The notes beneath the pieces are model-generated. The model did not search any database and was not told the DNA's origin. It worked only from the letters and a program-made list of their open reading frames with translations. Made by a program: the position numbers and the translations under genes. From Candidatus Hydrogenedentota bacterium (GTDB lineage Bacteria > Hydrogenedentota > Hydrogenedentia > Hydrogenedentales > SLHB01): a stretch of DNA of 33,071 nt. Shown one piece after another: positions 1 through 9,593 of this stretch. The DNA lies in NCBI GenBank assembly GCA_034408725.1, contig JAWXCN010000055.1:1-33071 (forward strand), given 5' to 3'. How positions within the stretch are numbered: the first letter of the stretch is position 1; every line of letters begins with the position of its first letter.

Positions 1-984
1 AAGAAATGCTTTTGCGTTATAGGGACTGCCTTCGAAAACGCCAAACGAAAAACCCTCCCGCGCGCGATTATTGGCGGAGATGGTTTCTCTGGCGCGTTTC
101 AATTCGAGGTCGTCGCGCAGACGCAATGCCAGCGCAAGCGCGATGTCGGCGGCGGCGGCGCGTTCGTTGGGTTTCAGCTTATCGCTCGCCGCCTGTAACG
201 CCATTTGCACCGGCAGCGTGCGCTCGGTGAACTTTCGCCGCTCAAGGTCGTAGACGGCTGTTCGCGCGAGTTCGTAATTGAGATTGATAACCAGTGCATT
301 ACCGGGTTTTGCGAGTGCAAAACCTAAGGTCTTGTTATCAGCGCGCAACAGCAGCGTTCCGTAGTCTTTTGTTTGCCAGAACAAGACCTGCGGCACGTAT
401 CCAGCCCCAGGCGCTACGATCAGCGCGGGCAACCCTTTTTCCCGCGGCTGGCCTTGCGCGCGGGCGTCGGCGTCGAAAACCGGCCAGCAAGTTGCTTCGA
501 TGGCGCAATCGTTGAGGTCGGTGAGATACATGAACTGATCGCCGAACGTGCCGCGCGCGCGGAAATCTTCCCAGCGCATGAGCTTGCCTTGCGCGTCGTA
601 CGCCATGATAACGATGCATGCCGCGGGCGGCAGTTTTATGTCGAGAGTTGGCTCGCCCTTGTATGCATAGATGCGCGGGGCATTGCTATAGATGCCGATG
701 CCATCCTTGTTTTCGTTCGCGGGCGGCTGGACGATGACATAGCCGGGTGCCAGCGGTTTTTCGGAAGTTAGCGAGATCGCGCCGGATGCGTCTGTCGAAC
801 CTTGGGCAATGACGGCGAACGACGCATCGGTGATCGCAACGTAGGCGTAAGGAATCGCGGCGTTGGACTGCGCGTCGCGCACGGTGCCTGAGCACGATGG
901 CTGCGCGTGCGAGCACAGGCAGGAAGCGGCGAGCGTGGCAATGAGGAAGACGCTATTTTTCCGGCGCGACGCGAATGTTCTCAT
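1..984 (-). CDS. Secreted protein, partial (runs off the left edge). N-terminal carboxypeptidase-regulatory-like beta domain, possibly followed by a GH10-like domain
   Basis: Not in the ORF track because it has no stop in the window. Open frame from ATG at 984: MRTFASRRKNSVFLIATLAASCLCSHAQ (signal peptide), then SGTVRDAQSNAAIPYAYVAITD...STDASG. It ends ...LELKRARETI...FSFGVFEGSPYNAKAFL, reminiscent of the lead-in to GH10-like barrels (weak). Start overlaps the upstream gene by 32 nt. Confidence 0.7.
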   Translation of the reverse strand, partial: MRTFASRRKNSVFLIATLAASCLCSHAQPSCSGTVRDAQSNAAIPYAYVAITDASFAVIAQGSTDASGAISLTSEKPLAPGYVIVQPPANENKDGIGIYSNAPRIYAYKGEPTLDIKLPPAACIVIMAYDAQGKLMRWEDFRARGTFGDQFMYLTDLNDCAIEATCWPVFDADARAQGQPREKGLPALIVAPGAGYVPQVLFWQTKDYGTLLLRADNKTLGFALAKPGNALVINLNYELARTAVYDLERRKFTERTLPVQMALQAASDKLKPNERAAAADIALALALRLRDDLELKRARETISANNRAREGFSFGVFEGSPYNAKAFL

Positions 985-1831
985 CAAGAATGCCGTCAAG
1001 AAGGAGGTTTGCGATGCGTGGACCATCGCCGGTCATGGTGACCCAAACGACGTGGTCAAATTCGCCGTATTCGAGGCCCCGCATTTTGCTGCTTCCGCCG
1101 GTGGTCGCGAACACGAAATACTTGTGGCCGTGTCGGTGGTATTTCATGTACGAGTGGCGGTGCCCGGTGAACACGGTGTGTGGCCGGTCTTTGAGCATGT
1201 CTTCGATGCGCGCCCAGCCGTTATCGCCTTCGTAGTCCCATAGTGGTTTGTGCATGAACACGAGGGTCCATCGGACATCCGTGTTTTCGGCGAGGGCTTT
1301 ACGGACATATTCATCCTGCGCGGCGCTCATGTTGTTCGCGGGCGGGTCTTCGGTGTTGAGGCAGAGGAAGAGCACGTCGCGATATCGGAAGTGGTAATAG
1401 ATGGGGCCGAACCTGCGCCGCCATTCTTCTGTCATTTTGTCGCTTTGCATGTCGTGGTTTCCGGGCACGAGAAAGAACGGCATCTCAAGATTTCCGACGA
1501 TGCCCATGAATTCTTTCCATTGCGCATCCACGGTGGCCATGTCGTCCTTTTCACCTTCGATGAGATCGCCGATGCTCATGACGAATTCGGGTTGCAGGAG
1601 ATTTACCTTTTCGACGGCAGACTCGAATATACCGGGGCGCGCGCCGCCGGTGCGGTCGGAGACAATGACGAAATGGAATTTATTGGGGTCGTTATTGAGA
1701 TCGAGACTGGTCCACGGTTTTTCGGCGGTCTTAACGTCATGGTGGACGTGATGCGTGTGCGCGCAGCCCAGGAGGACGATGCAGAGCGTTACGACCGCGG
1801 CAATCGCGGGATACTGGTTACGGCTTGTCAT
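953..1831 (-). CDS. Calcineurin-like metallophosphoesterase, probable lipoprotein
   Basis: Motifs VSDRTG, IGDLIEG, PGNHD, FMHKPLW and TGHRH. Start reassigned to ATG 1831 (MTSRNQYPAIAAVVTLCIVLLGC, lipobox LLGC), overlapping the upstream stop. Confidence 0.9.
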   Translation of the reverse strand: MTSRNQYPAIAAVVTLCIVLLGCAHTHHVHHDVKTAEKPWTSLDLNNDPNKFHFVIVSDRTGGARPGIFESAVEKVNLLQPEFVMSIGDLIEGEKDDMATVDAQWKEFMGIVGNLEMPFFLVPGNHDMQSDKMTEEWRRRFGPIYYHFRYRDVLFLCLNTEDPPANNMSAAQDEYVRKALAENTDVRWTLVFMHKPLWDYEGDNGWARIEDMLKDRPHTVFTGHRHSYMKYHRHGHKYFVFATTGGSSKMRGLEYGEFDHVVWVTMTGDGPRIANLLLDGILDENIRVAPEK

Positions 1832-3323
1832 CTGTGCGCTCCGCGATGGTCTTGTCGAGGTGCGCAATACAATACGGAAGCGCGGTGGCGGCTGCGAATA
1901 CCATCCACCAAATCTTTTGCTGCAATGCGTGAAGGAACAGGCCGCAGAAGATAAATGCAAGCAGGCTGACAGTAATGCCGGCGGCGAGCAATGCGAACTG
2001 GACATCGCCCTGTTCGCGCAATTTTTTTTCGGCGCGTTGGGAATTCAGCAGGGCGCGCAGGACAAAGAAAAGCATAATAAGCAGACCGACTGCACCTGTT
2101 TCCGCGCCCAACTGTAGGTAGAAGTTGTGGGGACCGTAGTAAATAGGGTTCCAGCCAATGTTGTCAACCATCCAACGCAGCATCGCGGAGGTGTCGGTGT
2201 TTTCGTCCTGGAAGCGCGGGCCGAAGCCAGCGAGGCCGATGCCGACGATGGGGTAGTCCTGCATATAAGACCAGGCGTAATGCTGCAACTCGACGCGCGC
2301 GGCGGTGGACTCGCTACGCGAATATTTCGTGAAGTCAATGACGCGCTCTTTATAGGCTTCCGGCAAGACAAACCAGGCGAGGAGCAAGGCAACAGCGACG
2401 GCGCAGACGCGTTGTGGCGTGAGGTGTACGAGGCGTTTGGCGAGCAATACGAAGCCAACGATGAGTCCGACGAGTAGGCCGAGCCGGGTGAATGTGAGCA
2501 CGAGCGCAGCCAACTCGATGAGAATGGCGGCGGCCACTAGTGCGCGGCCCAGGGAAGACACCCGCGTTTTATACCAGTAGACATTCAAGGGCAGCACGAG
2601 CAGTAGCGTGAACGCGAGCCAGTTCGAGTGGCCCGTGCCGCCCGTCACGCGGATGGCCGCGCCGGACGCCGTGCCTTCGGGATCGATGAAGGCGAGGTCG
2701 GTGCCCGCGCCGATGCCTTCAATACCGGCGACACCCGCGGCCTGCAGCGATGGCATGAAATACTGCATGATCGCGTAGACGCCCATGGCCGCGGCGCATG
2801 TCGTGATGATGATTACGTACTTGTGAATTTTTGCGCGCGTGTCCAGGACGTGAATGGCGAGCACGAAATAACCGATGACCGTCATCAGCCGCGACCATTC
2901 GGGCAATTGGATGCGCCAGATGAGCGACATGCTGATGCCAACAAGTGCCCAGGCGGCAAACGCGAAGACGGTCCAGAATTCCCAGCCGGTGCGGAACCGC
3001 TTTCCATAGGAAAGCGTGTGGAGCAGCCAGGCAGCAATCGCGGCCATTCCGCAGAATTTCGCGGCGGCTTGCGGGAGGGCTACGTGCGTGCCGCCGACGG
3101 GAATGGAGATGCCTGACACCAGCAATAGAATTGTGGTCAGGTACAGGCCGATGACGGGTCGTTTCGAGAAAATGACGAGCAGGAACGCCCCGATGAGCGC
3201 TGCAATCGCCCACTCCCCGGCAGCAACCACCGCAATGGCGAGTGCGGCTCCGAGCAGGATAACGAGCAATACGGAGGCAGGGCTGTGCGCGGTAGCGGCG
3301 TCATCGCGGGAAAGGGCGGCCAT
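1818..3323 (-). CDS. O-antigen ligase / Wzy_C family membrane protein
   Basis: Multi-TM protein with RVTGGTGHSNWLA, LTFTRLG, PIVGIG and PHNFYLQLGAETGAVG motifs. GGAG RBS upstream. Confidence 0.9.
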   Translation of the reverse strand: MAALSRDDAATAHSPASVLLVILLGAALAIAVVAAGEWAIAALIGAFLLVIFSKRPVIGLYLTTILLLVSGISIPVGGTHVALPQAAAKFCGMAAIAAWLLHTLSYGKRFRTGWEFWTVFAFAAWALVGISMSLIWRIQLPEWSRLMTVIGYFVLAIHVLDTRAKIHKYVIIITTCAAAMGVYAIMQYFMPSLQAAGVAGIEGIGAGTDLAFIDPEGTASGAAIRVTGGTGHSNWLAFTLLLVLPLNVYWYKTRVSSLGRALVAAAILIELAALVLTFTRLGLLVGLIVGFVLLAKRLVHLTPQRVCAVAVALLLAWFVLPEAYKERVIDFTKYSRSESTAARVELQHYAWSYMQDYPIVGIGLAGFGPRFQDENTDTSAMLRWMVDNIGWNPIYYGPHNFYLQLGAETGAVGLLIMLFFVLRALLNSQRAEKKLREQGDVQFALLAAGITVSLLAFIFCGLFLHALQQKIWWMVFAAATALPYCIAHLDKTIAERTDDKP

Positions 3324-3423
3324 GCTGACTCCATTTCTATTTTTAGCAGTTCGGCTACTATATATAGCGTATTTCTGATGAAATGTCCACTATTTGGTGG
3401 CTTCATGCCCCAGAAATCAAATT

Positions 3424-3796
3424 CTATAGGAGTTGGTTCGTGGCGAGAAAATCTTTTACTTCCCGCTCAAGCTTGTCCGAGTTTTTAATACTTTTGATCA
3501 CTCGGGTCAATATGATTTTCGAGACAGGAAAGTTTCTGATTATTTGTCCACTTTCCTCACTCAACTGCAATTTTTCAACCATGCCAAGCCGGGCGCGCGA
3601 AAGTGCAACGGTAGAAGTCCGGCGAATGAAGGGGTGTTCGCTCGGTTCGACCGCACAAGGAGCATCATCCCATTGGTCCAACGTCATGAAGTTTAAGATA
3701 ACGACTTTGTCGTCAATTGGATCATGCAGCAAAAAATACAGATGGGAACCGGGAACCGCTAGGAAAAACGAGTCGCCCCCGGCCCAATCCCCCCAT
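3424..3796 (-). CDS. Putative toxin downstream of Panacea (PemK/MazF-like by inference); start codon irregular
   Basis: Frame is open from the Panacea stop (3801) to 3424: WGDWAGGDSFFLAVPGSHLYFLLHDPIDDKVVILNFMT...VEPSEHPFIRRTSTV. The ATG at 3796 is one base out of frame in a G6 run. The first in-frame start is TTG at 3732. Confidence 0.55.
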
Positions 3797-3801
3797 CGAG
3801 T

Positions 3802-4362
3802 CTAGTTTCCGAGGACTTTCGTCAAAAAATCGTCTTCTTTTCTATTCTGCTCAATTTCGGGAAGTTCATTCTCGCGACCGATGGCAACCACAATATCTTC
3901 AAGGGGATTGTTTTTGCTTGAAGCGCCACGCTTGTTCTTGCTTACTTCGGGTAAATTTCCAACGTAATCGAGCATCTGCTGCAACGACTTGTCTTTATAC
4001 TGTGCGAAGATTGTCTGCAGTTTTTTCACTTCGTATTCGGACAGGTACGAGGTATCGGGGTGGCTCTTGAGGACGAGATCGTAGCCCCGCGTTTCAAAAA
4101 ATTTATTCCAGTATTCGCCCTGTTCGTCCGAAATTTGCGGGGACTCGCGAATCAAATCACAAATACGGCTCAACACGGGACCACGGGGCATCGCGACTGG
4201 CGTGTCTCCGCTGATTGGTTGTCCGACTTCCTTCAAACTTTCCCGATCCGCGAGATAAAGCATCTTGAGCAGCATCGTGTAGTTAAATCGGTGGTTGGGG
4301 GCGTCGCGAAGTATGACACCGACTTCCTGGACGACCTTTGACAGGCGGAAAGTAAAGGACAT
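3802..4362 (-). CDS. Panacea-domain (DUF4065/SocA-like) antitoxin
   Basis: LLKMLYLADRESLKEVGQPISGD...AMPRGPVLSRI is the Panacea signature (L.K.LY...GPV). GGAG RBS precedes ATG at 4362. The track's longer N-terminus overlaps the flippase. Confidence 0.88.
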   Translation of the reverse strand: MSFTFRLSKVVQEVGVILRDAPNHRFNYTMLLKMLYLADRESLKEVGQPISGDTPVAMPRGPVLSRICDLIRESPQISDEQGEYWNKFFETRGYDLVLKSHPDTSYLSEYEVKKLQTIFAQYKDKSLQQMLDYVGNLPEVSKNKRGASSKNNPLEDIVVAIGRENELPEIEQNRKEDDFLTKVLGN

Positions 4363-4381
4363 TGTGGTCTCCGTATATAAA

Positions 4382-4390
4382 AGTATATCA
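4382..4390 (-). promoter_or_regulatory. Extended -10 element (TGaTATACT) for the Panacea pair
   Basis: Minus strand reads tgtgaTATACT, about 20 nt upstream of the ATG. Confidence 0.5.
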
Positions 4391-4424
4391 CAGTACGGGG
4401 CGTGAATACTGAAAATACGTTCTG

Positions 4425-5687
4425 TTATTTCGTCTGCGTGATGGCGAGAGCATAGGTCAGGACGCCTGCGCCGCCCTTCACCAGTGCGACGGTCCAGGCC
4501 ATGCCGATAACTCCGAATCGGGGCACGAAGAGAATTCCGCCGATCAGGATGCCGGCCAATTTCGCGAATTCGATCAATGCGATGCTGCGCGATTTGCCGA
4601 GGCCGTAGAGGGCCGCGCCGGCGGGGGCGCTGCCGACGGCAAATGCGGCGCCGACGAGGAGAATCGCGAAGAGATGGCCAGTTTGCGCGTATGCAGCGCC
4701 GAAGGTCAGACGCGCTACGATGCCGGAGCATAGCGTCAATATTACGAGGCTTAAAAAGGCGAATAGGGTGGGCATGCGAAATCCGCGGAGGAACGCGCGC
4801 AACTCATCGCGTGTGGCCAAACTGCTTGCGTGCGGGAGGAGGATGGTGAACAGGGTCACGTTCACGAGATCGCCGAGCAGGGTGAGTTGGAGCGCAGCGC
4901 CGTAATCACTGATGGCTTCGGCGGGAAGTTTGTAGGCCGCGACGATGAAGACGTCGAGCCGTTGAAGGAGACTCGTACACAGGCAGGCTACCGCGACCCA
5001 TTTCGCGAAACCGACCAAGTCCCGCCATATGCGTGGTTCAATGGAAACGCGAGGTGTTGATGGCAGCCAGAGGGATGCCAGTGCGGCAACCAGAACGGGG
5101 GCGGCGGTATACGCGAGGAAAAGATTGCCGATGGAATCGTGTTGTGTGTATGCGAGCGTTGCTATGGCCGCGAGTCGAAGCAAGGCGGATGCAACTTCGA
5201 ATACGGCGCATGCGGTGAAATGTTGCCGGGCCTGAAAACAGGCGGGGACGTACATCGCAACGATCATCAGTGCCGCGCCGGTAAAGGCCAGGGCGAGGGT
5301 GGAAAGGAAGACCTCGACGCCTTCGCGGGCAAAGACCAGATGATGCAGAGGGATGAGGATCGCGGCGCCCATGAGCAGGGTTACAGCAGCAAGCAGTAAC
5401 TTGGCGCGTAGAACTGCGCGGGCGTAGGCGGCGGCATCGGCTGCGTTGTCTTTTGCCGCGCCGGAAAACCGCACGAGCGCGATGTCCAACGCGGGGCTGA
5501 AAAGTTCCGCGGCGACCTTCACGATCGTTATCAGGATAACGAAATCGCCGTAGTGCGCGCGGCCGAGGGTCCGGCCCAGAATAGCAATCACGAGGAAGGT
5601 GGCGGCGCTCGCGACAACGCGCGCGATGAAAAGGGAAGAGAACGAGGCCAGCCAGGAAGCGCGCGGCTTCGCGGGTGTCTGGGTCAC
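4425..5687 (-). CDS. Oligosaccharide flippase (Wzx/MOP superfamily)
   Basis: About 12 TM segments, RTLGRAHYGDF, RLDVFIV and VPRFGVIGMAW. GTGA overlap with the upstream gene. Confidence 0.88.
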   Translation of the reverse strand: MTQTPAKPRASWLASFSSLFIARVVASAATFLVIAILGRTLGRAHYGDFVILITIVKVAAELFSPALDIALVRFSGAAKDNAADAAAYARAVLRAKLLLAAVTLLMGAAILIPLHHLVFAREGVEVFLSTLALAFTGAALMIVAMYVPACFQARQHFTACAVFEVASALLRLAAIATLAYTQHDSIGNLFLAYTAAPVLVAALASLWLPSTPRVSIEPRIWRDLVGFAKWVAVACLCTSLLQRLDVFIVAAYKLPAEAISDYGAALQLTLLGDLVNVTLFTILLPHASSLATRDELRAFLRGFRMPTLFAFLSLVILTLCSGIVARLTFGAAYAQTGHLFAILLVGAAFAVGSAPAGAALYGLGKSRSIALIEFAKLAGILIGGILFVPRFGVIGMAWTVALVKGGAGVLTYALAITQTK

Positions 5688-7102
5688 CGCGCGCCTGTGC
5701 CGGTGATGACGACCTGCAGCGTGCGCATGATGATACGGATGTCCTGTTCGAGCGACCAGTTGTCGATGTAGGCGAGGTCAAGTTCGACCCATTCATCGAA
5801 GCTGACATCGCTGCGTCCGCTGACCTGTTGCAGACCGGTGATGCCGGGGCGGACGCTAAGCCTGCGGCGCTGGTCCCACGTGTAGGCCTCGACTTCGCGC
5901 GGTACAGGCGGGCGCGGGCCGACAAGACTCATGTCGCCGAGGAACACATTGAGGAACTGGGGAAGCTCGTCGATACTGGTCTTTCGAATAAATTTTCCGA
6001 TGCGGGTCATGCGCGGGTCCTGGCGCATTTTGAAGACAGGTCCATCGGCTTCATTTCGATGGGCTAACTCGTCCTTAAGCTGTTCGGCGTTCTCGACCAT
6101 CGAGCGGAATTTGATGCACTTGAAGCGGCGGCCATTGAGGCCGACGCGGTCTTGCAAGAAAAACATGGGCCCTTTGGAATCGAGCTGGATCAAAAAGCCG
6201 AGAATCGGAAAGAGCCACCATGCAACCGTCAGAAGAAACAACGCGGAACCGGCCATATCGAGGGCGCGCTTGAGCACAAGCTGGCTCTGCGCTTCGGGTA
6301 TCGTGGAAAGCGAGAGCAAAGGGATGTCGTCCATCTGATGAATGTGGCTCGTCGCGACGCGCAGTGGAAAAAGATCGGCGATGAGCCGCACAGACACTCC
6401 GACGCCTTCGCACAGATGCGCGGCGCTATTGATGGTGGTGTAGTACTTGCGCACGGGAAGGCAAATATAGACTTCATCGACAACCTGGCCAAGCAGGATG
6501 CGCTCGAGATCATGGACTGCGCCGAGATAGGGGACGCCGAAATCGTCCAAATATTTGATCCGTTCAGGTTCGTCGTCCAATAGCCCAATGAGGTGGTATC
6601 CATATTGGTCGTGACCGATCATGACCTCGACGAGGTGGCGCGCGCGGGGGTTCGCGCCGACGATGAGAATCTGGCGGAAGTTGTAGCCTCGGCGGCGAAT
6701 ACTCCAAAGGAACAGGCGCATCGTGACCCGGAACACCAGGATGTAAGCAACAACGGCGGCGCCGAAAAGCATGAAGTAGTTCTGATCAAATCCTTTGCGA
6801 AAGAAGAACAGAAAGAGGAACAGAGTAATGCTGAGTGAAATGACAAGGGTCCGCATGAGGGTAAACAACTGCGCGCGAAGACTGTCGCCGCGCTGCGACA
6901 TAAAAAGGCGCTGATCACCCGCGCCCACGAGCCAGACAATTACAAGGAGGCCGACGTAGTACCGGTGATCAAGGAAATGTTCCTGAAATGCGCCATCGAC
7001 GAGAATCCAGGACGCGGTCAGTCCGCCGGCAACAATGCAGGCAACGTCGCACGCGACAAGCGTGAACGTCATGAGTCCGGCGTTTCGTTTAAGGAAGTTC
7101 AT
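5684..7102 (-). CDS. Polyprenyl glycosylphosphotransferase (WcaJ/WbaP-like priming sugar transferase)
   Basis: N-terminal TMs, a CoA-binding-like domain (ILIVGA), then KRALD, KFRSM, DPRMTRIGKFIRKTSIDELPQFLNVFLGDMSLVGPRP and PGITGLQQVSGRS. Confidence 0.96.
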   Translation of the reverse strand: MNFLKRNAGLMTFTLVACDVACIVAGGLTASWILVDGAFQEHFLDHRYYVGLLVIVWLVGAGDQRLFMSQRGDSLRAQLFTLMRTLVISLSITLFLFLFFFRKGFDQNYFMLFGAAVVAYILVFRVTMRLFLWSIRRRGYNFRQILIVGANPRARHLVEVMIGHDQYGYHLIGLLDDEPERIKYLDDFGVPYLGAVHDLERILLGQVVDEVYICLPVRKYYTTINSAAHLCEGVGVSVRLIADLFPLRVATSHIHQMDDIPLLSLSTIPEAQSQLVLKRALDMAGSALFLLTVAWWLFPILGFLIQLDSKGPMFFLQDRVGLNGRRFKCIKFRSMVENAEQLKDELAHRNEADGPVFKMRQDPRMTRIGKFIRKTSIDELPQFLNVFLGDMSLVGPRPPVPREVEAYTWDQRRRLSVRPGITGLQQVSGRSDVSFDEWVELDLAYIDNWSLEQDIRIIMRTLQVVITGTGAR

Positions 7103-7460
7103 GGCGTTGGTCGTGTGATTATGGGCCTGCGCCGCACAATGTCGGTAGGCGAAGGTGAGCGTGATGTAGAGTCAGAACGGTTAACCCCACAATTGAGTCG
7201 TTAAGCAGTGGCCGCATTTTCAGCGAGAGCCTTGCGCAATGGCCCCGGTTCGTCAAAAAATACCGCCCGATAATATCGCGTATCGCTCGTGAATGTCAAA
7301 AAAAATGGACGAAATTCGAAGTGTTGGAGCTGGCAGGGGACGGCTTCAGACGCGATTTCCAGCTACGGAAAATTGTAGTAATACGAATGGCCCGGTCCGT
7401 TGGATCGGTTGGAAATCGCCTGCGTTTGTGATGCATCGTGCAGCCAGTTATTGTCAATTC

Positions 7461-8408
7461 ATGATTTGGTCAATTTGGTCGAAAATGCTTGGTCTGGCGT
7501 GGAACGCCGTGCGCATAATCTCCAAGGTCGGACATCCAGGCAAACGAGTATCAAAGGTTGCGGCTATCGGCCGTATTCTTGATGAATCTTCTAACGAGTA
7601 CCAGCCCGACGACCTACTAGCGAGAGCTTGGTTTGTCGAAGAGATTGATACGCTAACGTCGATACTCCGAGCTGGCGACCGCATTGCGACGGGCGAACGC
7701 CATAATCTGCCGGGCGCGATAATTGAACTTCAATTGTCCATATCACTATCGTTGCAGATATTGCCGTGCGAACACGGGGAATCCACTACGGCAAGTCCGT
7801 TCTGGGCCGATATAACCAGCGATTTCGGACAAGCCGCCTCGCGGTGGGCGCTTGATAATCACAAGCTGAAACCGGAACAGGTGTGGCATCGCGTCCCAAT
7901 GGGGTCTTTTCGCTCGACGATTTTCCGCGAAGATTGTGTGCGGCTCTTTGCCATTGATCCGTTTTCAATTGATGTGTTTACACAAGCGGAGCACATACGT
8001 ATCAGGCGCGCATTGCAAGAATGGCTCGGGGAAATGGGGCCTCGAATACTTAGCAAGGCGGTGTTCAGTCCTGTACATTTTTACAACAACACGTTTCTTC
8101 TGCTGGAGCTTGCCGCGCGTGTTTTTGCGGCCATCCTAATTCTGATCGATGATGAACCGGACGATGATTTGAAAAGGCGGATCGAACCAATCCTTGCTTG
8201 GCTTCACACCCTCGACAAGGGTCAGGTGTTGGCATTTGCGGCAACAAATCTCATGGCGTTCGCGTTGCTCGATGAGAATGCAAATGGACACATTATTGCT
8301 GGCAGAAAGACGCTGAAGGATATATACGGCGAGATCGGTTTGCTCCGGCTTCAGTGGGTCACGGAATTAATTAAAGAACATCAAAAGTCTGATGCGCCAC
8401 CTCTGTAA
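7461..8408 (+). CDS. Hypothetical protein (orphan, probably helical); start uncertain (7293/7461/7485)
   Basis: Long ORF filling the gap between two minus-strand genes, with AT-richer codon usage and no recognisable motif. Confidence 0.6.
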   Translation: MIWSIWSKMLGLAWNAVRIISKVGHPGKRVSKVAAIGRILDESSNEYQPDDLLARAWFVEEIDTLTSILRAGDRIATGERHNLPGAIIELQLSISLSLQILPCEHGESTTASPFWADITSDFGQAASRWALDNHKLKPEQVWHRVPMGSFRSTIFREDCVRLFAIDPFSIDVFTQAEHIRIRRALQEWLGEMGPRILSKAVFSPVHFYNNTFLLLELAARVFAAILILIDDEPDDDLKRRIEPILAWLHTLDKGQVLAFAATNLMAFALLDENANGHIIAGRKTLKDIYGEIGLLRLQWVTELIKEHQKSDAPPL

Positions 8409-8485
8409 TTCTGGTTCCACATAACGCGAGTTCTTCTCGAGTGGAATCCTTCATGTCGCTCCACTGCCTCTGCTTCGATACGGGC

Positions 8486-9559
8486 CTATCGCAACGGGAT
8501 CGCTGCGTGTTTTGATTCGCGGCGGGACTGGTAGGCGTATTGCATAAGCTCGGTGAGTTGGGCGCCTTCTTCGAGGCCGAACGGAATTGGTTCGTCGCGG
8601 AGGATGCCATCTACCCAAAGTTGGAGCGTTGGCGGTAGTGCCGGAGGAAGAGTTTCTGGCGTAATCCAGGTTTTGCCGTCATCGAGTTTGCGGGAACGGA
8701 TGCGGACCGATTTTTCGTCAGGTCCGCCGACGATGAGGCTGCCTTCGGTGCCAGAGAGTTCGAGGGTGAATGGGCTGAAGGTCGACATGAAACTCGTGTC
8801 GGCAATGCCGAGGCAGCCGTTGTCGAATTCGATGGTGGAGATGGCGTTGTCCTCGACTTCTTTCTTCAGGAGATAGTTGAACGTCGAAGAGATACGTTTG
8901 GGTTGGCCGCCGAACCAGCGGCAAAGGTACATCGGGTGCGCGCCGAGGTCCATCATCGCGCCACCGCCGCATTCTTCCTCGCCCCAGAAATGATTCGGGA
9001 GCCAGCCCGCGCTGCCAGCGTCGTGCGCAATGCGCGCACGGACGAAAGTGAGCCTGCCGAGGAGACCGTCGTCGAGTGCCTGTTTTGCGTAGAGTACTTC
9101 GGGGCGGGTGCGGAATGGAAACGATATGCAGAATTTTACGTTGTTTTGTTTCACCGCCGCGGCTATTTGATCGCATTCGCCGATGGTGAGCGCCATTACT
9201 TTTTCGGTGAAGACGTGTTTGCCGGCGTTTGCGGCTGCGACCATGATTTCGGCATGACGGTTTGTAGGGGCGTTGCAACAAATGGCGTCGACGTCTTCGC
9301 GCTGGAGGAGCGCGGCGTAGTCCGGTTCCCACTGCGCGTCGAGCTCTTTCGCCCATCGCTGGCCGCGCGCGGGCACTTCGTCCCAGACCGTGGTAATTTT
9401 CACGTCGGGCATGTCGGCGAGTGTCCTACCGTAACCTTTGGCGTGCGAGTGCCATTGGCTGATCATTGCGACGCGCAGCATGGGCTGGTCTCCTTGGGCG
9501 ATATGTGGCGCGGCAATCGCGGCAGCGGTGGTTATCAAAAAATCCCGGCGAGTATTCAT
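8486..9559 (-). CDS. Gfo/Idh/MocA family oxidoreductase with Tat-like signal
   Basis: MNTRRDFLITTAAAIAAP (twin-arginine), VDAICCNAPTNRH, GKHVFTEKVMA and GGGAMMDLGAHPMY. Confidence 0.92.
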   Translation of the reverse strand: MNTRRDFLITTAAAIAAPHIAQGDQPMLRVAMISQWHSHAKGYGRTLADMPDVKITTVWDEVPARGQRWAKELDAQWEPDYAALLQREDVDAICCNAPTNRHAEIMVAAANAGKHVFTEKVMALTIGECDQIAAAVKQNNVKFCISFPFRTRPEVLYAKQALDDGLLGRLTFVRARIAHDAGSAGWLPNHFWGEEECGGGAMMDLGAHPMYLCRWFGGQPKRISSTFNYLLKKEVEDNAISTIEFDNGCLGIADTSFMSTFSPFTLELSGTEGSLIVGGPDEKSVRIRSRKLDDGKTWITPETLPPALPPTLQLWVDGILRDEPIPFGLEEGAQLTELMQYAYQSRRESKHAAIPLR

Positions 9560-9593
9560 AATGTCATCCACGGATTTTAATTCAATTCGATAC

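Noticed and set aside
4363-4731. N-terminal extension of the Panacea ORF in the track (likewise 1832-2005, 18543-18878, 22656-22778)
   Set aside because: Overlaps neighbouring genes or promoter regions. Better RBS-supported or translationally coupled starts lie downstream.
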